Positions 47,929-59,726 of a stretch of DNA of 64,000 nt are shown one piece after another. Within the stretch, counting starts at the first letter, position 1. The number at the start of each line of letters is the position of its first letter. Made by a program: the position numbers and the translations under genes. Origin of the DNA: Hyphomicrobiales bacterium (lineage in GTDB: Bacteria; Pseudomonadota; Alphaproteobacteria; SPJN01); the NCBI GenBank assembly GCA_006844605.1, contig SPJN01000013.1:760-64759 (forward strand), written 5' to 3'. The notes below the pieces were generated by a model. It saw only the letters and a list, made by a program, of their open reading frames with translations. It was not told the DNA's origin and did not search any database.

Positions 47929-49188
47929 CTATAGGGCAATCAGTTTTTTGTCTGTTTTGTCGGTCACGGTTAGCGCATGAATGCTGCCCGGTTGCAAGCC
48001 TTCATCCACAATCACTTCCGTAAAATCCTGTGCGCGGGCAAGGCCCGGCTTTTCCACCAATGCGCTGATGCGCGTGCCCACCTGTTGCGACAGATGCGTG
48101 GTCAGCTTGTCCTGTCCCAACTGGCGCAATCGGGCGGCACGGTCCTTGATCACACTGCGGTCAAGCTGGGGCATCCGTGCGGCAGGGGTGCCCGGACGCG
48201 GGGAATAGGGGAAGACATGCAGGAATGTCAGCGCGCATTCTTCGACGAGGTTGAGGGAGTTTTGAAACATCTCCTCAGTTTCGGTGGGGAAGCCCGCGAT
48301 CAGATCCGCGCCAAAGGCAATGTCAGGGCGCTGTTGCTTGACGGTTTGGCAAAAGGCGATGCTTTCTTCGCGCAAATGCCGCCGCTTCATCCGTTTCAGG
48401 ATCATATTGTCACCCGCCTGCAGGCTTAAATGCAGATGGGGCATAAAGCGTGGCTCACCAACAATCAGGTCCATCAACGGCTCGTCAACCTCAATGGAAT
48501 CGATGGATGACAACCGTAACCGGGGAAGATCCGGCACATGGGTCAGAATTTTTTGGCACAACTTGCCCAGCGACATGCCCCCAGCCGCAGATGATGCGCC
48601 GGGCAGATCAGCGCCATAGCTGGTGATGTCCACCCCGGTGATGACAATTTCCGAAAATCCCTGATCGACCAACAGGCGCGCCTGTTCAACAACAGACCCG
48701 ACCGGGACTGATCGGGAATTCCCCCGGCCATAGGGGATGATACAAAATGTGCAGCGGTGATCGCAGCCGTTCTGCACCTGTAAAAAGGCGCGGGCGCGAT
48801 CTGAAAACCCGTCCGCCAAATGTGGCGTGGTTTCGGTAACGTCCATTATGTCCTGCACGGCGACAGGCTCAGGCGCGTTCAAAAAACGGGTGATGTCCAG
48901 TTTTTCTTCATTGCCCAACACCTGATCAACCTCGTCCATAGTGGCATAGGTGTCGGGGCTGATTTGCGCGGCGCAGCCGGTAACGATGATCTTGGCGCCG
49001 GGCTTGTCGCGGCGGGCGCGGCGGATGGCTTGGCGTGCCTGACGCTCCGCCTCTGCTGTGACGGCGCAGGTGTTGAAGATGATGGTGTCGTCAGGCGTGG
49101 CTTGGCCCGCCATTTGCTGGCGGATGCGGTCGCTTTCAAGACTGTTCAGGCGACAGCCGAATGTGACGATATCAGGTGAATTGGTCAT
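47929..49188 (-). CDS. mtaB: tRNA t6A37 methylthiotransferase
   Basis: GCRLN, NTCAVT, CDHRCTFC radical SAM motif. Conserved dapF-mtaB-ftsY order. Confidence 0.92.
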   Translation of the reverse strand: MTNSPDIVTFGCRLNSLESDRIRQQMAGQATPDDTIIFNTCAVTAEAERQARQAIRRARRDKPGAKIIVTGCAAQISPDTYATMDEVDQVLGNEEKLDITRFLNAPEPVAVQDIMDVTETTPHLADGFSDRARAFLQVQNGCDHRCTFCIIPYGRGNSRSVPVGSVVEQARLLVDQGFSEIVITGVDITSYGADLPGASSAAGGMSLGKLCQKILTHVPDLPRLRLSSIDSIEVDEPLMDLIVGEPRFMPHLHLSLQAGDNMILKRMKRRHLREESIAFCQTVKQQRPDIAFGADLIAGFPTETEEMFQNSLNLVEECALTFLHVFPYSPRPGTPAARMPQLDRSVIKDRAARLRQLGQDKLTTHLSQQVGTRISALVEKPGLARAQDFTEVIVDEGLQPGSIHALTVTDKTDKKLIAL

Positions 49189-49195
49189 CTGCCCG

Positions 49196-50071
49196 TCACC
49201 GGCCCATCAGGGCATCAAGGTCAAGCACACCTTCAAAGGCATAGCTTGCCGGGCCGGTCATCAGAACGTCGCCATCGGTTTGATAGGCCATAATCAGCGG
49301 GCCGCCATCCAGAATGATCATGGCAGCTTGCCCTTCAATCAGTTGGCGGCGGCGTGCCGCGACGATGGTGGCGCAGGCGGCGGTGCCGCAGGCCTGTGTG
49401 ATGCCTGCGCCGCGCTCAAACACGCGCAGGCGGATCGTGCCGTCGGCGCGAATGGTGGCCAGCGAGACATTCGTCCGTTCGGGGTATAGCGGGTGATGCT
49501 CAAGCGTCGGGCCGATTTCCTCCAACGGATAGGCCTCGGCATCCTCGACAAAGAACACCATATGGGGATTGCCCATATTGACGGCGGTCGGATTTGTCAG
49601 GGGCGCAAGGCCGGGCACGTCAAGGCTGATCGGTAGCGATAGCGTGTCCAGCGTGTCGTCTGACAGGGGGATTTGCGCCGCGTTCAACCCCGGCTCCCCC
49701 ATATTGACGCCGATGTTGCCGTCATCCAACAGGGTGCAGCCCAATTGTCCGGCAACTGTCTCGACGATGTTTTCGGTCTTGCCCGTTTCGTCGGCCAGCA
49801 GGCGTCCGATGCAGCGGGTGGCGTTGCCGCAGGCTTCGACCGGTTCGCCATTGCCGTTCCGCATATGCAAAAAGGCGCTGGTGCCTTGGGTGACCGGGTC
49901 TGTGATTTCGACAAACTGGTCGCAACCAACCCCCCGCCGACGATCTCCGATCATCGCGGCTTCGGCCTCAGTCAGTAGAGGCTGCCCTTCATTGGGGCCG
50001 TGGGCGCGCCGGTCAATAATCACGAAATCATTGCCCAGCCCGTGCATCTTGCGAAACTTAATCTCAGGCAT
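49196..50071 (-). CDS. dapF: Diaminopimelate epimerase
   Basis: KMHGLGNDF, CGNATRC, GNPH, ERGAGITQACGTAAC. Confidence 0.97.
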   Translation of the reverse strand: MPEIKFRKMHGLGNDFVIIDRRAHGPNEGQPLLTEAEAAMIGDRRRGVGCDQFVEITDPVTQGTSAFLHMRNGNGEPVEACGNATRCIGRLLADETGKTENIVETVAGQLGCTLLDDGNIGVNMGEPGLNAAQIPLSDDTLDTLSLPISLDVPGLAPLTNPTAVNMGNPHMVFFVEDAEAYPLEEIGPTLEHHPLYPERTNVSLATIRADGTIRLRVFERGAGITQACGTAACATIVAARRRQLIEGQAAMIILDGGPLIMAYQTDGDVLMTGPASYAFEGVLDLDALMGR

Positions 50072-50198
50072 ACATATCTATATAGTAGAGAATGACGGGG
50101 TTTTGACCCCGAAAACTGGTCTTTTGGGCAATTTGCCGCCCCACTGTCTATAAAGTGGCAATTGCCTTGACGATGGCGGCCAAACGTATATGGTGCCC

Positions 50199-50280
50199 CG
50201 ACTTCCTGATAGAAGTGACATATCTGGTCAGGGGCAGGGCCCCTTATCACCACCGGTCAGCGCGTTGCGCCCACCGGTGC
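50199..50280 (+). ncRNA. Structured leader upstream of ffh (resembles the alphaproteobacterial ffh RNA motif)
   Basis: Stems ACTTC/GAAGT, AGGGG/CCCCT and CACCGGT/ACCGGTG in the ffh 5' region. Match to the known motif is from memory only. Confidence 0.45.
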
Positions 50281-50331
50281 CAAATCGCTTTGGGTTATTG
50301 TTGCGGTACGGGAAACAAAGGATTTTGACGT

Positions 50332-51879
50332 ATGTTTGATACATTACAGGAACGGTTAGGTGGGGTTCTCGACGGGCTGACAAAGCGTGGCGCTTTGTCG
50401 GAAGCCGATGTCGATGCAGCCCTGCGTGAAGTTCGCGTTGCCTTGTTAGAGGCTGACGTGGCACTTCCCGTTGCACGTAAATTTATCAAGGATGTGCGTG
50501 AAGAAGCGATCGGCGCAGGCGTTTTGAAGTCTGTCTCGCCCGGTCAGATGGTGATCAAGATCGTCCATGACGAGCTTGTGAAGGTTCTGGGCGGCGACCC
50601 TGCTTTGTCGCGCGATGCTGACGCGCCCGAAGCTGTGGCCGCCGGGCTGAACCTCAATGCGGTGCCCCCGGTGCCGGTGTTGATGGTGGGCCTGCAGGGC
50701 TCAGGCAAGACAACCTCAACCGCGAAAATTGCCTATCGGTTGCAGCAGCGCGATAAGAAAAAGGTCCTGATGGCCTCGCTCGACACGCGCCGTCCGGCCG
50801 CTATGGAACAGTTGCGGGTTCTGGGTGAACAGACCGGTGTTGATGTGTTGCCGATCGTTGAGGGGCAGCAGCCTGTTGATATCGCCAACCGTGCGATGAA
50901 TGCAGGGCGCCTGTCAGGGTATGACGTTGTGCTGCTCGATACCGCCGGGCGGATGCATGTCGAAGAGGGCCTGATGGCTGAGGTTTCCGCCGTCCGCGAT
51001 GCTGTGAAACCGCAGGAGACCCTGCTGGTTGCTGACAGTTTGACCGGTCAGGATGCGGTCAATGTTGCCCAGCAATTCAACGAACGCGTTGGTGTGACGG
51101 GCATTGTGTTGACCCGTGTTGACGGTGATGGCCGCGGTGGTGCGGCGCTGTCGATGCGTGCGGTGACGGGCTGCCCGATCAAGCTGTTGGGTGTTGGTGA
51201 AAAATTTGACGCCCTGGAAGATTTCCATCCGACCCGTATGGCAGGCCGGATTTTGGGCATGGGCGATATTGTTTCGCTGGTCGAAAAAGCCGCCGAAACA
51301 ATGGAGGCGGAGCAGGCCGCCCGCATGGCGAAAAAGTTCGCCAAGGGCCAGTTCGACATGAACGATCTGCGCGAACACATCCAGCAGGTCCAGAAAATGG
51401 GCGGCATGGGCGGCATCCTGAATCTGTTGCCGGGCATCGGCAAGATGAAGAAACAGCTCGACCAGCTCGACATGGATGAAAGCGTGTTCAAGCGTCAAGA
51501 AGCGATCATCAATTCCATGACCAAGAAAGAACGCTTGCAGCCGAAACTGCTGCAGGCCAGCCGCAAAAAGCGTATCGCGGCAGGGTCCGGCACCACGGTG
51601 CAGGAGGTCAACAAGCTGATCAAGATGCATCGGCAAATGGCCGACATGATGAAAAAGATGAGCAAAGGCAAGGGCTTGATGTCTGCAATGGGTGCCGCGA
51701 TGGGGATGCCCAACAAGTCAGCCATGCCCAGCCCCGAAGATATGGAACAGCTGGCCCAGAAGATGGGTGGCCCGCAAGGTGGCGGCATGGGTGGCGGCAT
51801 GGGCGGCCCCGGTGGCCTGCCCGGTTTGGGTGCGCCCGGCGGGTTGCCCCCCGGTTTCCCTGGCTCTGGCAAAAAGTGA
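50332..51879 (+). CDS. ffh: Signal recognition particle protein
   Basis: GLQGSGKTT, DTAGR, RILGMGD, Met-rich M domain. Confidence 0.98.
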   Translation: MFDTLQERLGGVLDGLTKRGALSEADVDAALREVRVALLEADVALPVARKFIKDVREEAIGAGVLKSVSPGQMVIKIVHDELVKVLGGDPALSRDADAPEAVAAGLNLNAVPPVPVLMVGLQGSGKTTSTAKIAYRLQQRDKKKVLMASLDTRRPAAMEQLRVLGEQTGVDVLPIVEGQQPVDIANRAMNAGRLSGYDVVLLDTAGRMHVEEGLMAEVSAVRDAVKPQETLLVADSLTGQDAVNVAQQFNERVGVTGIVLTRVDGDGRGGAALSMRAVTGCPIKLLGVGEKFDALEDFHPTRMAGRILGMGDIVSLVEKAAETMEAEQAARMAKKFAKGQFDMNDLREHIQQVQKMGGMGGILNLLPGIGKMKKQLDQLDMDESVFKRQEAIINSMTKKERLQPKLLQASRKKRIAAGSGTTVQEVNKLIKMHRQMADMMKKMSKGKGLMSAMGAAMGMPNKSAMPSPEDMEQLAQKMGGPQGGGMGGGMGGPGGLPGLGAPGGLPPGFPGSGKK

Positions 51880-52026
51880 TTTGAAAGAAAGCGAATGGCA
51901 ATCGAACCCTTTGTTCAAGGTCTGAACAACGGTTCATAGTTTAAGGAAATAGCGACTTACCGGGCTTTTACAGGGCATTGCCCCCCGAATAAGACGCTGA
52001 ATGGTTAACGAGAAAGGTTCAAAACC

Positions 52027-52473
52027 ATGGCATTGACGATCAGACTGTCCCGCGGTGGCGCCAAAAAGCGTCCTTTTTACCGTATTGTTGTAACTGACTC
52101 ACGTCGTCCGCGTGATTCGGGCTATATTGAGAACGTAGGCTCCTACAATCCGATGCTGCCCAAGGATTCTGACGAGCGTGTGGTCCTGAAGGAAGAACGC
52201 ATCAAGGAATGGATCGCCAAGGGCGCCCGTCCGTCAGATCGCGTGAACCGTTTCCTCGATGCCGCCGGTATCATGGAACGCAAGGCCCGTAACAACCCCA
52301 AGAAAGCCCTGCCCGGCCAGAAGGCCCAGGAACGTCTTGAAATGGCCAAACAGGCCGAAGAAGACGCAGCCGCCGCTGCTGCCGAGGCTGAAGCAGCCGC
52401 TGCTGAAGAAGCTGCAGCACCTGCCGAAGAAGCCCCCGCAGAAGACGCTGCTGAAGAAAAAGCAGAAGGCTAA
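52027..52473 (+). CDS. rpsP: 30S ribosomal protein S16
   Basis: [18 protein letters not shown]. Confidence 0.98.
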   Translation: MALTIRLSRGGAKKRPFYRIVVTDSRRPRDSGYIENVGSYNPMLPKDSDERVVLKEERIKEWIAKGARPSDRVNRFLDAAGIMERKARNNPKKALPGQKAQERLEMAKQAEEDAAAAAAEAEAAAAEEAAAPAEEAPAEDAAEEKAEG

Positions 52474-52479
52474 CCGCGC

Positions 52480-53934
52480 ATGGCGTCCCCGGCTGATGAT
52501 AAGCCCCGCATTTGCGTGGGTGTGATTGCCGGGGCCCATGGCGTGCATGGCGAGGCGCGGGTGCGCGCCTTTACCGACGACCCGTTCGACGTCGCTGCCT
52601 ATGGTGAGGTAGAGACCGAAGACGGGTCGCTGCGTTTCAGCATGACCGTCATCCGCGAGGCCAAGCCCGGCGTGCTTGTTGTGGCGCTGGAAGGGATAAC
52701 CCTTAGCCGTGAACAGGTGCAGGCGATGAACGGCACACAGCTTTATGTGTCCCGCGATGCCCTGCCAGCGCCTGAGGATGAGGACGAGTTCTATTATGCC
52801 GACCTGATCGGCCTTGCTGCCAGCTATCCTGATGGCAGGCCGCTGGGCACCGTGTTGGCGGTCGCTGATTACGGCGCGGGCGACATGGTGGATATCAAGC
52901 TGGCACACAGCAGCAAAACCATCGTCGTGCCATTCACGCGTGAGGTTGTGCCCAGCGTCGATCTTAAGGCTGGCCGCATTGTGGTGAACCCGCCCGGCGG
53001 CCTGATTGATGACGCGCCTGAGGGTGAGGTAGACGCGAGCGCGGCCAAAGGCGCGGGGGCGGTCATGACTGACCCAACTGACTCAACGGCCCAAACCGCC
53101 CAAACCGCCCAAACCGCCCCCGCAAGCGACCCGCCCAGCCCGTGGCAGGCCACGATCCTGACCCTGTTCCCGGACATGTTTCCCGGCCCGCTTGGATTTT
53201 CATTGGCCGGACGGGCGCTGGACCAGCAGATATGGGCGCTTAACACCCTGAATATACGGGATTTTGCCACCGACAAGCACCATTCGGTCGATGACACGCC
53301 CGCCGGTGGCGGGGCCGGAATGGTGATGCGCGCCGATGTGGTTGGCGCGGCGTTGGAAAGTTTGGGCTATCAGGGCAGCGCAAAGGGCGAAACTGCTGAA
53401 AAAGCCCCAAATCCTGCGTCAATCAGCGCAGGGGAAAAAGCCCCGAATTCCCTTCCCCTAAATGCCCCCTTGCTTTATTTAAGCCCGCGCGGTAAGCCGC
53501 TCTCCCAATCGCGTGTTAAGGCATTGGCGACAGGCCCCGGCGTCACAGTGTTATGTGGTCGTTTTGAGGGGTTGGACGAGCGGGTGATTACCCACTTCGG
53601 GATCGAAGAAGTGTCTATCGGGGACTATGTCCTTTCAGGCGGCGAGCCTGCAGCACTTGTTCTTCTCGATGCCGTGATCAGGCTGTTGCCCGGGGTTCTG
53701 GGCGCGCCGGAGACATTGGCAGAAGAAAGTTTTGAAGACGGGTTGCTTGAATACCCGCATTTTACGCGCCCCGCACAATGGCAGGGCAAACCCATACCGG
53801 ATGTTTTGACATCCGGACATCATGGTCGGATCGCCGAATGGCGTCAGGCCGAACGAGAACGAATTACAAAGGAAAGACGGCCGGACCTCTGGCGGCGATA
53901 TATGGCAGAAGAACAAAGCGGCAAGGACGAATAG
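52480..53934 (+). CDS. rimM-trmD: RimM-TrmD in-frame fusion ORF (RimM about 52480-53064; TrmD from ATG 53065)
   Basis: Rim[25 protein letters not shown]. Trm[39 protein letters not shown]. No stop codon between them. Confidence 0.9.
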   Translation: MASPADDKPRICVGVIAGAHGVHGEARVRAFTDDPFDVAAYGEVETEDGSLRFSMTVIREAKPGVLVVALEGITLSREQVQAMNGTQLYVSRDALPAPEDEDEFYYADLIGLAASYPDGRPLGTVLAVADYGAGDMVDIKLAHSSKTIVVPFTREVVPSVDLKAGRIVVNPPGGLIDDAPEGEVDASAAKGAGAVMTDPTDSTAQTAQTAQTAPASDPPSPWQATILTLFPDMFPGPLGFSLAGRALDQQIWALNTLNIRDFATDKHHSVDDTPAGGGAGMVMRADVVGAALESLGYQGSAKGETAEKAPNPASISAGEKAPNSLPLNAPLLYLSPRGKPLSQSRVKALATGPGVTVLCGRFEGLDERVITHFGIEEVSIGDYVLSGGEPAALVLLDAVIRLLPGVLGAPETLAEESFEDGLLEYPHFTRPAQWQGKPIPDVLTSGHHGRIAEWRQAERERITKERRPDLWRRYMAEEQSGKDE

Positions 53935-53998
53935 CAGTCCGCACCGCGCAACAAGCCTAAATCGTGGGATCATGTACGGATCGTGAAAAAGGTAAGCT

Positions 53999-54373
53999 AT
54001 GGCCAATATTATTGAACAACTCGACGCCGCAGAGATGGAGCGTCTGGCAGAAGTCAAACAGGTGCCCGAATTCGGCCCCGGTGACACACTGCGCGTTGCT
54101 GTCCGCGTGAAGGAAGGCAATCGTGAGCGTTTGCAGAACTTCGAAGGCGTCTGCATCGCCCGCAAGTCTGCCGGCATCGCCTCCAACTTCACCATGCGTA
54201 AGATTTCTTACGGTGAAGGTGTGGAACGTGTGTTCCCGCTTTACAGCCCGCTGGTTGAAGAAATTGAGGTCAAGCGTCGCGGTCGTGTCCGTCGTGCGAA
54301 GCTGTACTATCTTCGTGGTCGCACAGGTAAGTCTGCACGTATTGCGGAAAAGAAAGATCATAAGCGCGGCTAA
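53999..54373 (+). CDS. rplS: 50S ribosomal protein L19
   Basis: [30 protein letters not shown]. Confidence 0.98.
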   Translation: MANIIEQLDAAEMERLAEVKQVPEFGPGDTLRVAVRVKEGNRERLQNFEGVCIARKSAGIASNFTMRKISYGEGVERVFPLYSPLVEEIEVKRRGRVRRAKLYYLRGRTGKSARIAEKKDHKRG

Positions 54374-54401
54374 TCTCTCGCATCATTTTCGACATTTAGA
54401 G

Positions 54402-54442
54402 ACAAGCCGCAGGGACAAATCCCCTCGCGGCTTGTTTTATTT
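54402..54442 (+). terminator. Terminator after rplS
   Basis: ACAAGCCGC...GCGGCTTGT followed by TTTATTT. Confidence 0.75.
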
Positions 54443-54530
54443 CAGCGCTTTTCAGTGGAGCGATCAAACCAAATGGGAGGATCGCGGAACGTTAAAAAAA
54501 GCCGCGCACAAATAAAGGACAGAAACTCCA

Positions 54531-55952
54531 ATGGCCCAGCCTAAAACCCTGTACGATAAAATCTTTGATGCGCATTTGGTGTCCGAAGACGCCGACGGCA
54601 CCGCATTGCTGTATATCGACCGTCACCTTGTGCATGAAGTGACCAGCCCGCAGGCCTTTGAAGGGTTGCGGATGACGAACCGCACCGTGCGCAAGCCGGA
54701 AAACACCCTGTGTGTGCCTGACCATAACGTGCCGACCGAAGGCCGCGCCAACGGGATCAGCAATCCTGAAAGCAAGTTGCAGGTTGATACGCTGATGCAA
54801 AATGCGGCTGACTTCGGCCTTGAAATTTACGGCATGGACGATATCCGTCAGGGCATCGTGCATATTGTCGGTCCCGAACAGGGCCTGACCCAGCCGGGCA
54901 TGACCATTGTGTGTGGTGACAGCCATACCGCCACCCACGGCGCGTTCGGCTCCCTCGCCTTTGGTATCGGCACGTCTGAGGTTGAGCATGTGCTCGCCAC
55001 CCAGACTCTGATCCAAAAGCGCAGCAAGAATATGCGCGTGATGGTGAACGGCAAGCTGTCCAAGGGCTGCACCGCAAAGGACATCGTGCTGGCTGTGATC
55101 GGCAAGATCGGCACCGCAGGCGGCACAGGCTATGTCATCGAATTCGCTGGCGAGGCGATTGAGGCGCTTTCCATGGAAGGCCGCATGACCGTCTGTAACA
55201 TGACCATTGAAGGCGGCGCCCGCGCCGGCCTGATCGCGCCTGATCAAAAAACCTTTGATTATGTGCAGGGTCGCCCCAAGGCCCCCAAGGGTGCCCAGTG
55301 GGAAATGGCGGTTGATTATTGGAAAACGCTGCCCACCGATGATGGCGCGGTGTTCGATGCGGAAATCGAAATTGATGCCAGCACGCTGGCCCCCGAAATC
55401 ACATGGGGCACCAGCCCTGAAGACGTGGTTGAAATCACCGGCATGACCCCGGATCCGGCAACTGAATCCGATCCGGCCCGCAAGGCAAAGCTGCAGCGGT
55501 CCTTGGACTATATGGGCCTTGCCCCCAACACGCCGATGACTGATGTGTCGATTGACAAGGTCTTTATCGGCTCTTGCACCAATGGCCGTATCGAAGATTT
55601 GCGCGCCGTTGTGGCGATTGCGGAAAAGGCATTGGCCAAGGGCATGAAAGTGTCTGACCACGTGCATGCAATGGTCGTGCCCGGGTCGGGTTTGGTGAAG
55701 GAACAGGCCGAAGAAGAAGGCCTGGACAAAATCCTGACCGAAGCAGGCTTTGACTGGCGCGAGCCGGGCTGTTCCATGTGCCTTGCCATGAATGATGACA
55801 AGTTGCAGCCGGGCGAACGGTGTGCGTCAACGTCCAACCGTAACTTCGAAGGCCGTCAGGGCCGTGGCGGACGCACGCATCTTGTGTCACCCGCAATGGC
55901 CGCCGCCGCAGCCTTCGCAGGCAAGCTGGCTGACGTGCGGGATTATGAGTAA
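54531..55952 (+). CDS. leuC: 3-isopropylmalate dehydratase large subunit
   Basis: [32 protein letters not shown]. Confidence 0.98.
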   Translation: MAQPKTLYDKIFDAHLVSEDADGTALLYIDRHLVHEVTSPQAFEGLRMTNRTVRKPENTLCVPDHNVPTEGRANGISNPESKLQVDTLMQNAADFGLEIYGMDDIRQGIVHIVGPEQGLTQPGMTIVCGDSHTATHGAFGSLAFGIGTSEVEHVLATQTLIQKRSKNMRVMVNGKLSKGCTAKDIVLAVIGKIGTAGGTGYVIEFAGEAIEALSMEGRMTVCNMTIEGGARAGLIAPDQKTFDYVQGRPKAPKGAQWEMAVDYWKTLPTDDGAVFDAEIEIDASTLAPEITWGTSPEDVVEITGMTPDPATESDPARKAKLQRSLDYMGLAPNTPMTDVSIDKVFIGSCTNGRIEDLRAVVAIAEKALAKGMKVSDHVHAMVVPGSGLVKEQAEEEGLDKILTEAGFDWREPGCSMCLAMNDDKLQPGERCASTSNRNFEGRQGRGGRTHLVSPAMAAAAAFAGKLADVRDYE

Positions 55953-55959
55953 CAGGTAA

Positions 55960-56769
55960 ATGCCTGAACAACTTGAAAAAGATAACCTGAAGGAAATGCG
56001 TCGGTGGACTTGGGTCGCCGGTCTGGGCTCAGTTGTTTATGTCATTGCTATCGGTGGGTTTTGGTATTTTGTGCCATTTAGTTTTGGAGATGGTGCAGTA
56101 AAAGCAAATGAAGTTGGTGATTTTCTTGCAGGCGTTGCAGCTCCGCTGGCCTTTCTTTGGCTATTGGTTGGGTATTTCCAACAAAGCCGCGAAATTCGAA
56201 ACCAAGTTGCGGAACTAAAAGTACTTGTAGAGACTTCGCATAGTCAGTCTGCGGCCATGGCGCAACAAATAGGGTTTCAAGAAAAGGAAATTCTATTCAA
56301 GGAAATTTGCCAGCTTACAGTTGACTTAGGAATGGAAATCGAACGCGAGTTTCATAAAGTTGGGTCTTCTGGTAATTATGACAATATTTTCACGGGCGGT
56401 TCTGCAGATTCAATATGGAATAAGTTTGATGCTGGCGATTATTTGCACCCCCTGCAAAGTCTTGAAGGCGGGTTAAATCGCTATTTGAATAGGCTTGGGA
56501 CCTTGGAAAGGAGAATGCAGCAAAGACTGGCGAGTGATAGTAGAGCGGTCGAGGATTCTCGAGTTTTTCTAAGTCAGTTGGTGAGCTTTCGTGATGTGTT
56601 GTCGTCGACCAGCGTGGCGGAAAAAATGCAAAAATTGCAGGCTAATAGTGAGCGCTTGAATGAACAGCCGCGCAACTCCTCGGACGAGTCCGCATCGAAG
56701 TTGGTTGGTAACATATTTATTGGAATTCAAGAATTGAAGAGCTTCGTGGAAGAGCGAGAAAATGGATAA
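55960..56769 (+). CDS. Hypothetical two-TM membrane protein between leuC and leuD
   Basis: 269 aa, [28 protein letters not shown]-rich relative to the leu genes. Confidence 0.75.
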   Translation: MPEQLEKDNLKEMRRWTWVAGLGSVVYVIAIGGFWYFVPFSFGDGAVKANEVGDFLAGVAAPLAFLWLLVGYFQQSREIRNQVAELKVLVETSHSQSAAMAQQIGFQEKEILFKEICQLTVDLGMEIEREFHKVGSSGNYDNIFTGGSADSIWNKFDAGDYLHPLQSLEGGLNRYLNRLGTLERRMQQRLASDSRAVEDSRVFLSQLVSFRDVLSSTSVAEKMQKLQANSERLNEQPRNSSDESASKLVGNIFIGIQELKSFVEERENG

Positions 56770-57367
56770 ATTTACAAAGATAAGCGGCGTGGCCGCACCG
56801 ATGCCGATCACCAATATCGACACGGATATGATCATCCCCAAACAGTTCCTCAAGACCATCAAACGGTCCGGTCTTGGCGTGAACCTGTTCGATGAAATGC
56901 GTTACGATGATGACGGCAAGGAAATCGCAGATTTCGTCTTGAACAAGCCGCAATATCGCAATGCGCAGATCATTGTTGCCGGTGATAATTTCGGCTGCGG
57001 CTCATCCCGTGAACATGCCCCTTGGGCGCTGTTGGATTTCGGCATTCGTGTTGTGATCAGCACCAGCTTTGCCGACATCTTTTATAACAACTGCTTCAAG
57101 AACGGCATCCTGCCGATTGTGGTTGATAAGGATACGTTGGCCGCGCTGATGGATGATGCCGAACGCGGTGCCAATGCCACAGTAACAGTTGATCTGGAAA
57201 CCCAGACCATCAAGGGCCCCGATGGCGGCGAAGTAAAATTCGACGTTGATCCGTTCCGCAAGCATTGCCTGATGAACGGCTTGGACGATATCGGCCTGAC
57301 AATGGAAAAGGCTGACAAGATCGACACATTTGAAGCCGCGCGGGAAACAGCGCAGCCTTGGCTTTAA
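56762..57367 (+). CDS. leuD: 3-isopropylmalate dehydratase small subunit
   Basis: [26 protein letters not shown]. Confidence 0.98.
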   Translation: MDKFTKISGVAAPMPITNIDTDMIIPKQFLKTIKRSGLGVNLFDEMRYDDDGKEIADFVLNKPQYRNAQIIVAGDNFGCGSSREHAPWALLDFGIRVVISTSFADIFYNNCFKNGILPIVVDKDTLAALMDDAERGANATVTVDLETQTIKGPDGGEVKFDVDPFRKHCLMNGLDDIGLTMEKADKIDTFEAARETAQPWL

Positions 57368-57523
57368 TCTATCGCTTGCGATAGATCGCGCCCGACCCGC
57401 CCCATTGGGCGGGCGCGAGTGCGCCCACCCTCGGGTCGAGCGCTCTGATTAGGAAGAATTTTAGGGCTGCACTTTTTCGCCAAAATTGAATTGGTGAATG
57501 TGCGACCAACAAAGGAAAGAATT

Positions 57524-58636
57524 ATGTCTGAACAAATCGGCTCCCTCTTGATTGTCCCCGGTGATGGCATCGGCCCTGAAGCTATGGCACAGGTACAGCG
57601 CATCATCGATTGGATGGGTGACACGCTGGGCAAGACCATCGACACGGAATATGACCTTGTCGGCGGTGCTGCCATTGACGCGCATGGTGTGCCGATTCAT
57701 GACGACACAATGGTCAAGGCACAGGCGGTTGACGCTGTTTTGCTTGGCGCTGTTGGTGGCCCGAAATGGGATGATCTGGATTTTTCGATCAAGCCGGAAC
57801 GGGGTCTGTTGCGCCTGCGGTCAGAACTTGGCCTGTTCGCAAATCTGCGTCCCGCCGTATGTTTTGAAGCATTGGTCGATTCGTCCTCGCTGAAGCCTGA
57901 AGTTGTTGCGGGCCTAGACATCATGATTGTTCGTGAATTGACGGGCGGCATCTATTTTGGCGAACCGCGCGGCATCGAAGACATGCCCGATGGGCAGCGT
58001 CGCGGCTTCAACACGCAGACCTATACGACGAATGAAATTCGCCGTGTCGCCAAGGTGGCGTTTGATTTGGCGCGCAAGCGTGATGGTCGCGTGACGTCTT
58101 GTGAAAAAGCCAATGTGATGGAATCAGGCATCTTGTGGCGCGAAGAAGTGACCAAGCTGCATGGCGAAGGCTATGACGATATTGAACTGTCGCACATGTA
58201 TGCCGATAACGCGGCGATGCAGTTGGTGCGTGCGCCCAAACAATTCGACGTGATGGTCACGGATAATCTGTTCGGTGATATTCTGTCTGATGCTGCGGCT
58301 ATGCTGACAGGCTCCCTTGGTATGTTGCCGTCTGCGTCGCTTGGTGCGCCGGACCCCGCAACGGGACGGGCAAAGGCCATGTACGAACCGGTACACGGGT
58401 CTGCCCCCGATATTACGGGTCAGGGCATTGCCAACCCGATTGCCACGATCATGAGCTTTGCGATGGCATTGCGTTACACATTTGATCAGGGTGACATTGC
58501 TGACCGTATTGAAGATGCGGTGAAAACAGTACTGGCCAAAAAAATCCGTACAGGCGACATCATGTGTGATGGCGCAAAACAGGTGGGCACAGAAGAGATG
58601 GGCACAGCCATCATCGCTGAACTGAACGCCGCCTAG
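57524..58636 (+). CDS. leuB: 3-isopropylmalate dehydrogenase
   Basis: [37 protein letters not shown]. Confidence 0.98.
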   Translation: MSEQIGSLLIVPGDGIGPEAMAQVQRIIDWMGDTLGKTIDTEYDLVGGAAIDAHGVPIHDDTMVKAQAVDAVLLGAVGGPKWDDLDFSIKPERGLLRLRSELGLFANLRPAVCFEALVDSSSLKPEVVAGLDIMIVRELTGGIYFGEPRGIEDMPDGQRRGFNTQTYTTNEIRRVAKVAFDLARKRDGRVTSCEKANVMESGILWREEVTKLHGEGYDDIELSHMYADNAAMQLVRAPKQFDVMVTDNLFGDILSDAAAMLTGSLGMLPSASLGAPDPATGRAKAMYEPVHGSAPDITGQGIANPIATIMSFAMALRYTFDQGDIADRIEDAVKTVLAKKIRTGDIMCDGAKQVGTEEMGTAIIAELNAA

Positions 58637-58663
58637 GAATAGAGTTTGAAAAGGAATAGACCG

Positions 58664-59686
58664 ATGGGTCTTCATATAGCAGTTGCCGGTGCCACCGGTG
58701 TTGTTGGACAGGAAATGCTGAACATCTTGGCGGAACGGGGTTTGCCCGTGTCTGAGGTGACGGCGCTTGCCTCGTCCCGCTCAATCGGCAGGGACGTGTC
58801 GTTCGGCGATCGGACCATTCAGTGCAAGTCGCTGACCGATTTTGATTTCGCCGGTGTTGATATTGCCCTGTTTGCAGCTGGCGGTGACGTTGCGGCGGAA
58901 CATGCGCCGCGTGCGGCCAAGGCTGGTGCGATTGTGATCGACAATTCAAGCCATTTTCGGATGGACCCCGATGTGCCGTTAATTGTGCCCGAAGTAAACG
59001 CGGACGCGGTTGCAGGTTATGGCAAGAAGAACATTATCGCCAATCCCAACTGCTCCACCGCGCAGCTTGTGGTGGCGTTGAAGCCGCTGCATGACGCCTA
59101 TGGCATCAAGCGTGTTGTGGTGTCGACCTATCAGTCAGCATCCGGTGCGGGCAAGGACGGGATGGATGAGTTGTTCAACCAGACCCGTGCGATTTATGTA
59201 AATGATCCGGTTGAGCCGGCCCAGTTCACCAAGCAGATCGCCTTCAACGTGATCCCCCATATCGACAAGTTTATGGGCGATGGCGCCACAAAAGAAGAAT
59301 GGAAGATGACGGTCGAGACGCGCAAGATCATCGATCCGAAGATTGAGCTGTTCGCCACTTGCGTGCGCGTGCCGGTCTTTGTCGGCCATTCAGAAGCTGT
59401 CACGATTGAGTGTGAGAAGCCCGTTGATGAGGATGAAGCGCGCGAGATTTTGCGCGTGGCACCGGGGCTGATGATTGTCGATAAGCGTGAAGATGGCGGC
59501 TATATCACCCCGCAGGAATGTGTTGGTGATTTCGCCACCTATATCAGCCGCATTCGCCGCGACCCGACCGTTGATAATGGGTTGGCGCTGTGGTGCGTGT
59601 CTGACAATTTGCGCAAGGGCGCGGCGCTGAACGCTGTGCAGATTGCTGAGTTGCTGCTCGACCGCGGTATTGTCAAGGCTGATTAA
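58664..59686 (+). CDS. asd: Aspartate-semialdehyde dehydrogenase
   Basis: GATGVVG, IANPNCST, DNLRKGAALN. Confidence 0.97.
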   Translation: MGLHIAVAGATGVVGQEMLNILAERGLPVSEVTALASSRSIGRDVSFGDRTIQCKSLTDFDFAGVDIALFAAGGDVAAEHAPRAAKAGAIVIDNSSHFRMDPDVPLIVPEVNADAVAGYGKKNIIANPNCSTAQLVVALKPLHDAYGIKRVVVSTYQSASGAGKDGMDELFNQTRAIYVNDPVEPAQFTKQIAFNVIPHIDKFMGDGATKEEWKMTVETRKIIDPKIELFATCVRVPVFVGHSEAVTIECEKPVDEDEAREILRVAPGLMIVDKREDGGYITPQECVGDFATYISRIRRDPTVDNGLALWCVSDNLRKGAALNAVQIAELLLDRGIVKAD

Positions 59687-59726
59687 TCAACTAGCCGATT
59701 GAGGCTCGCGCAATTTTTTGGTCGCG

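Noticed and set aside
54492..55667. 391-aa - strand ORF
   Set aside because: Antisense to leuC, a codon-bias artefact.
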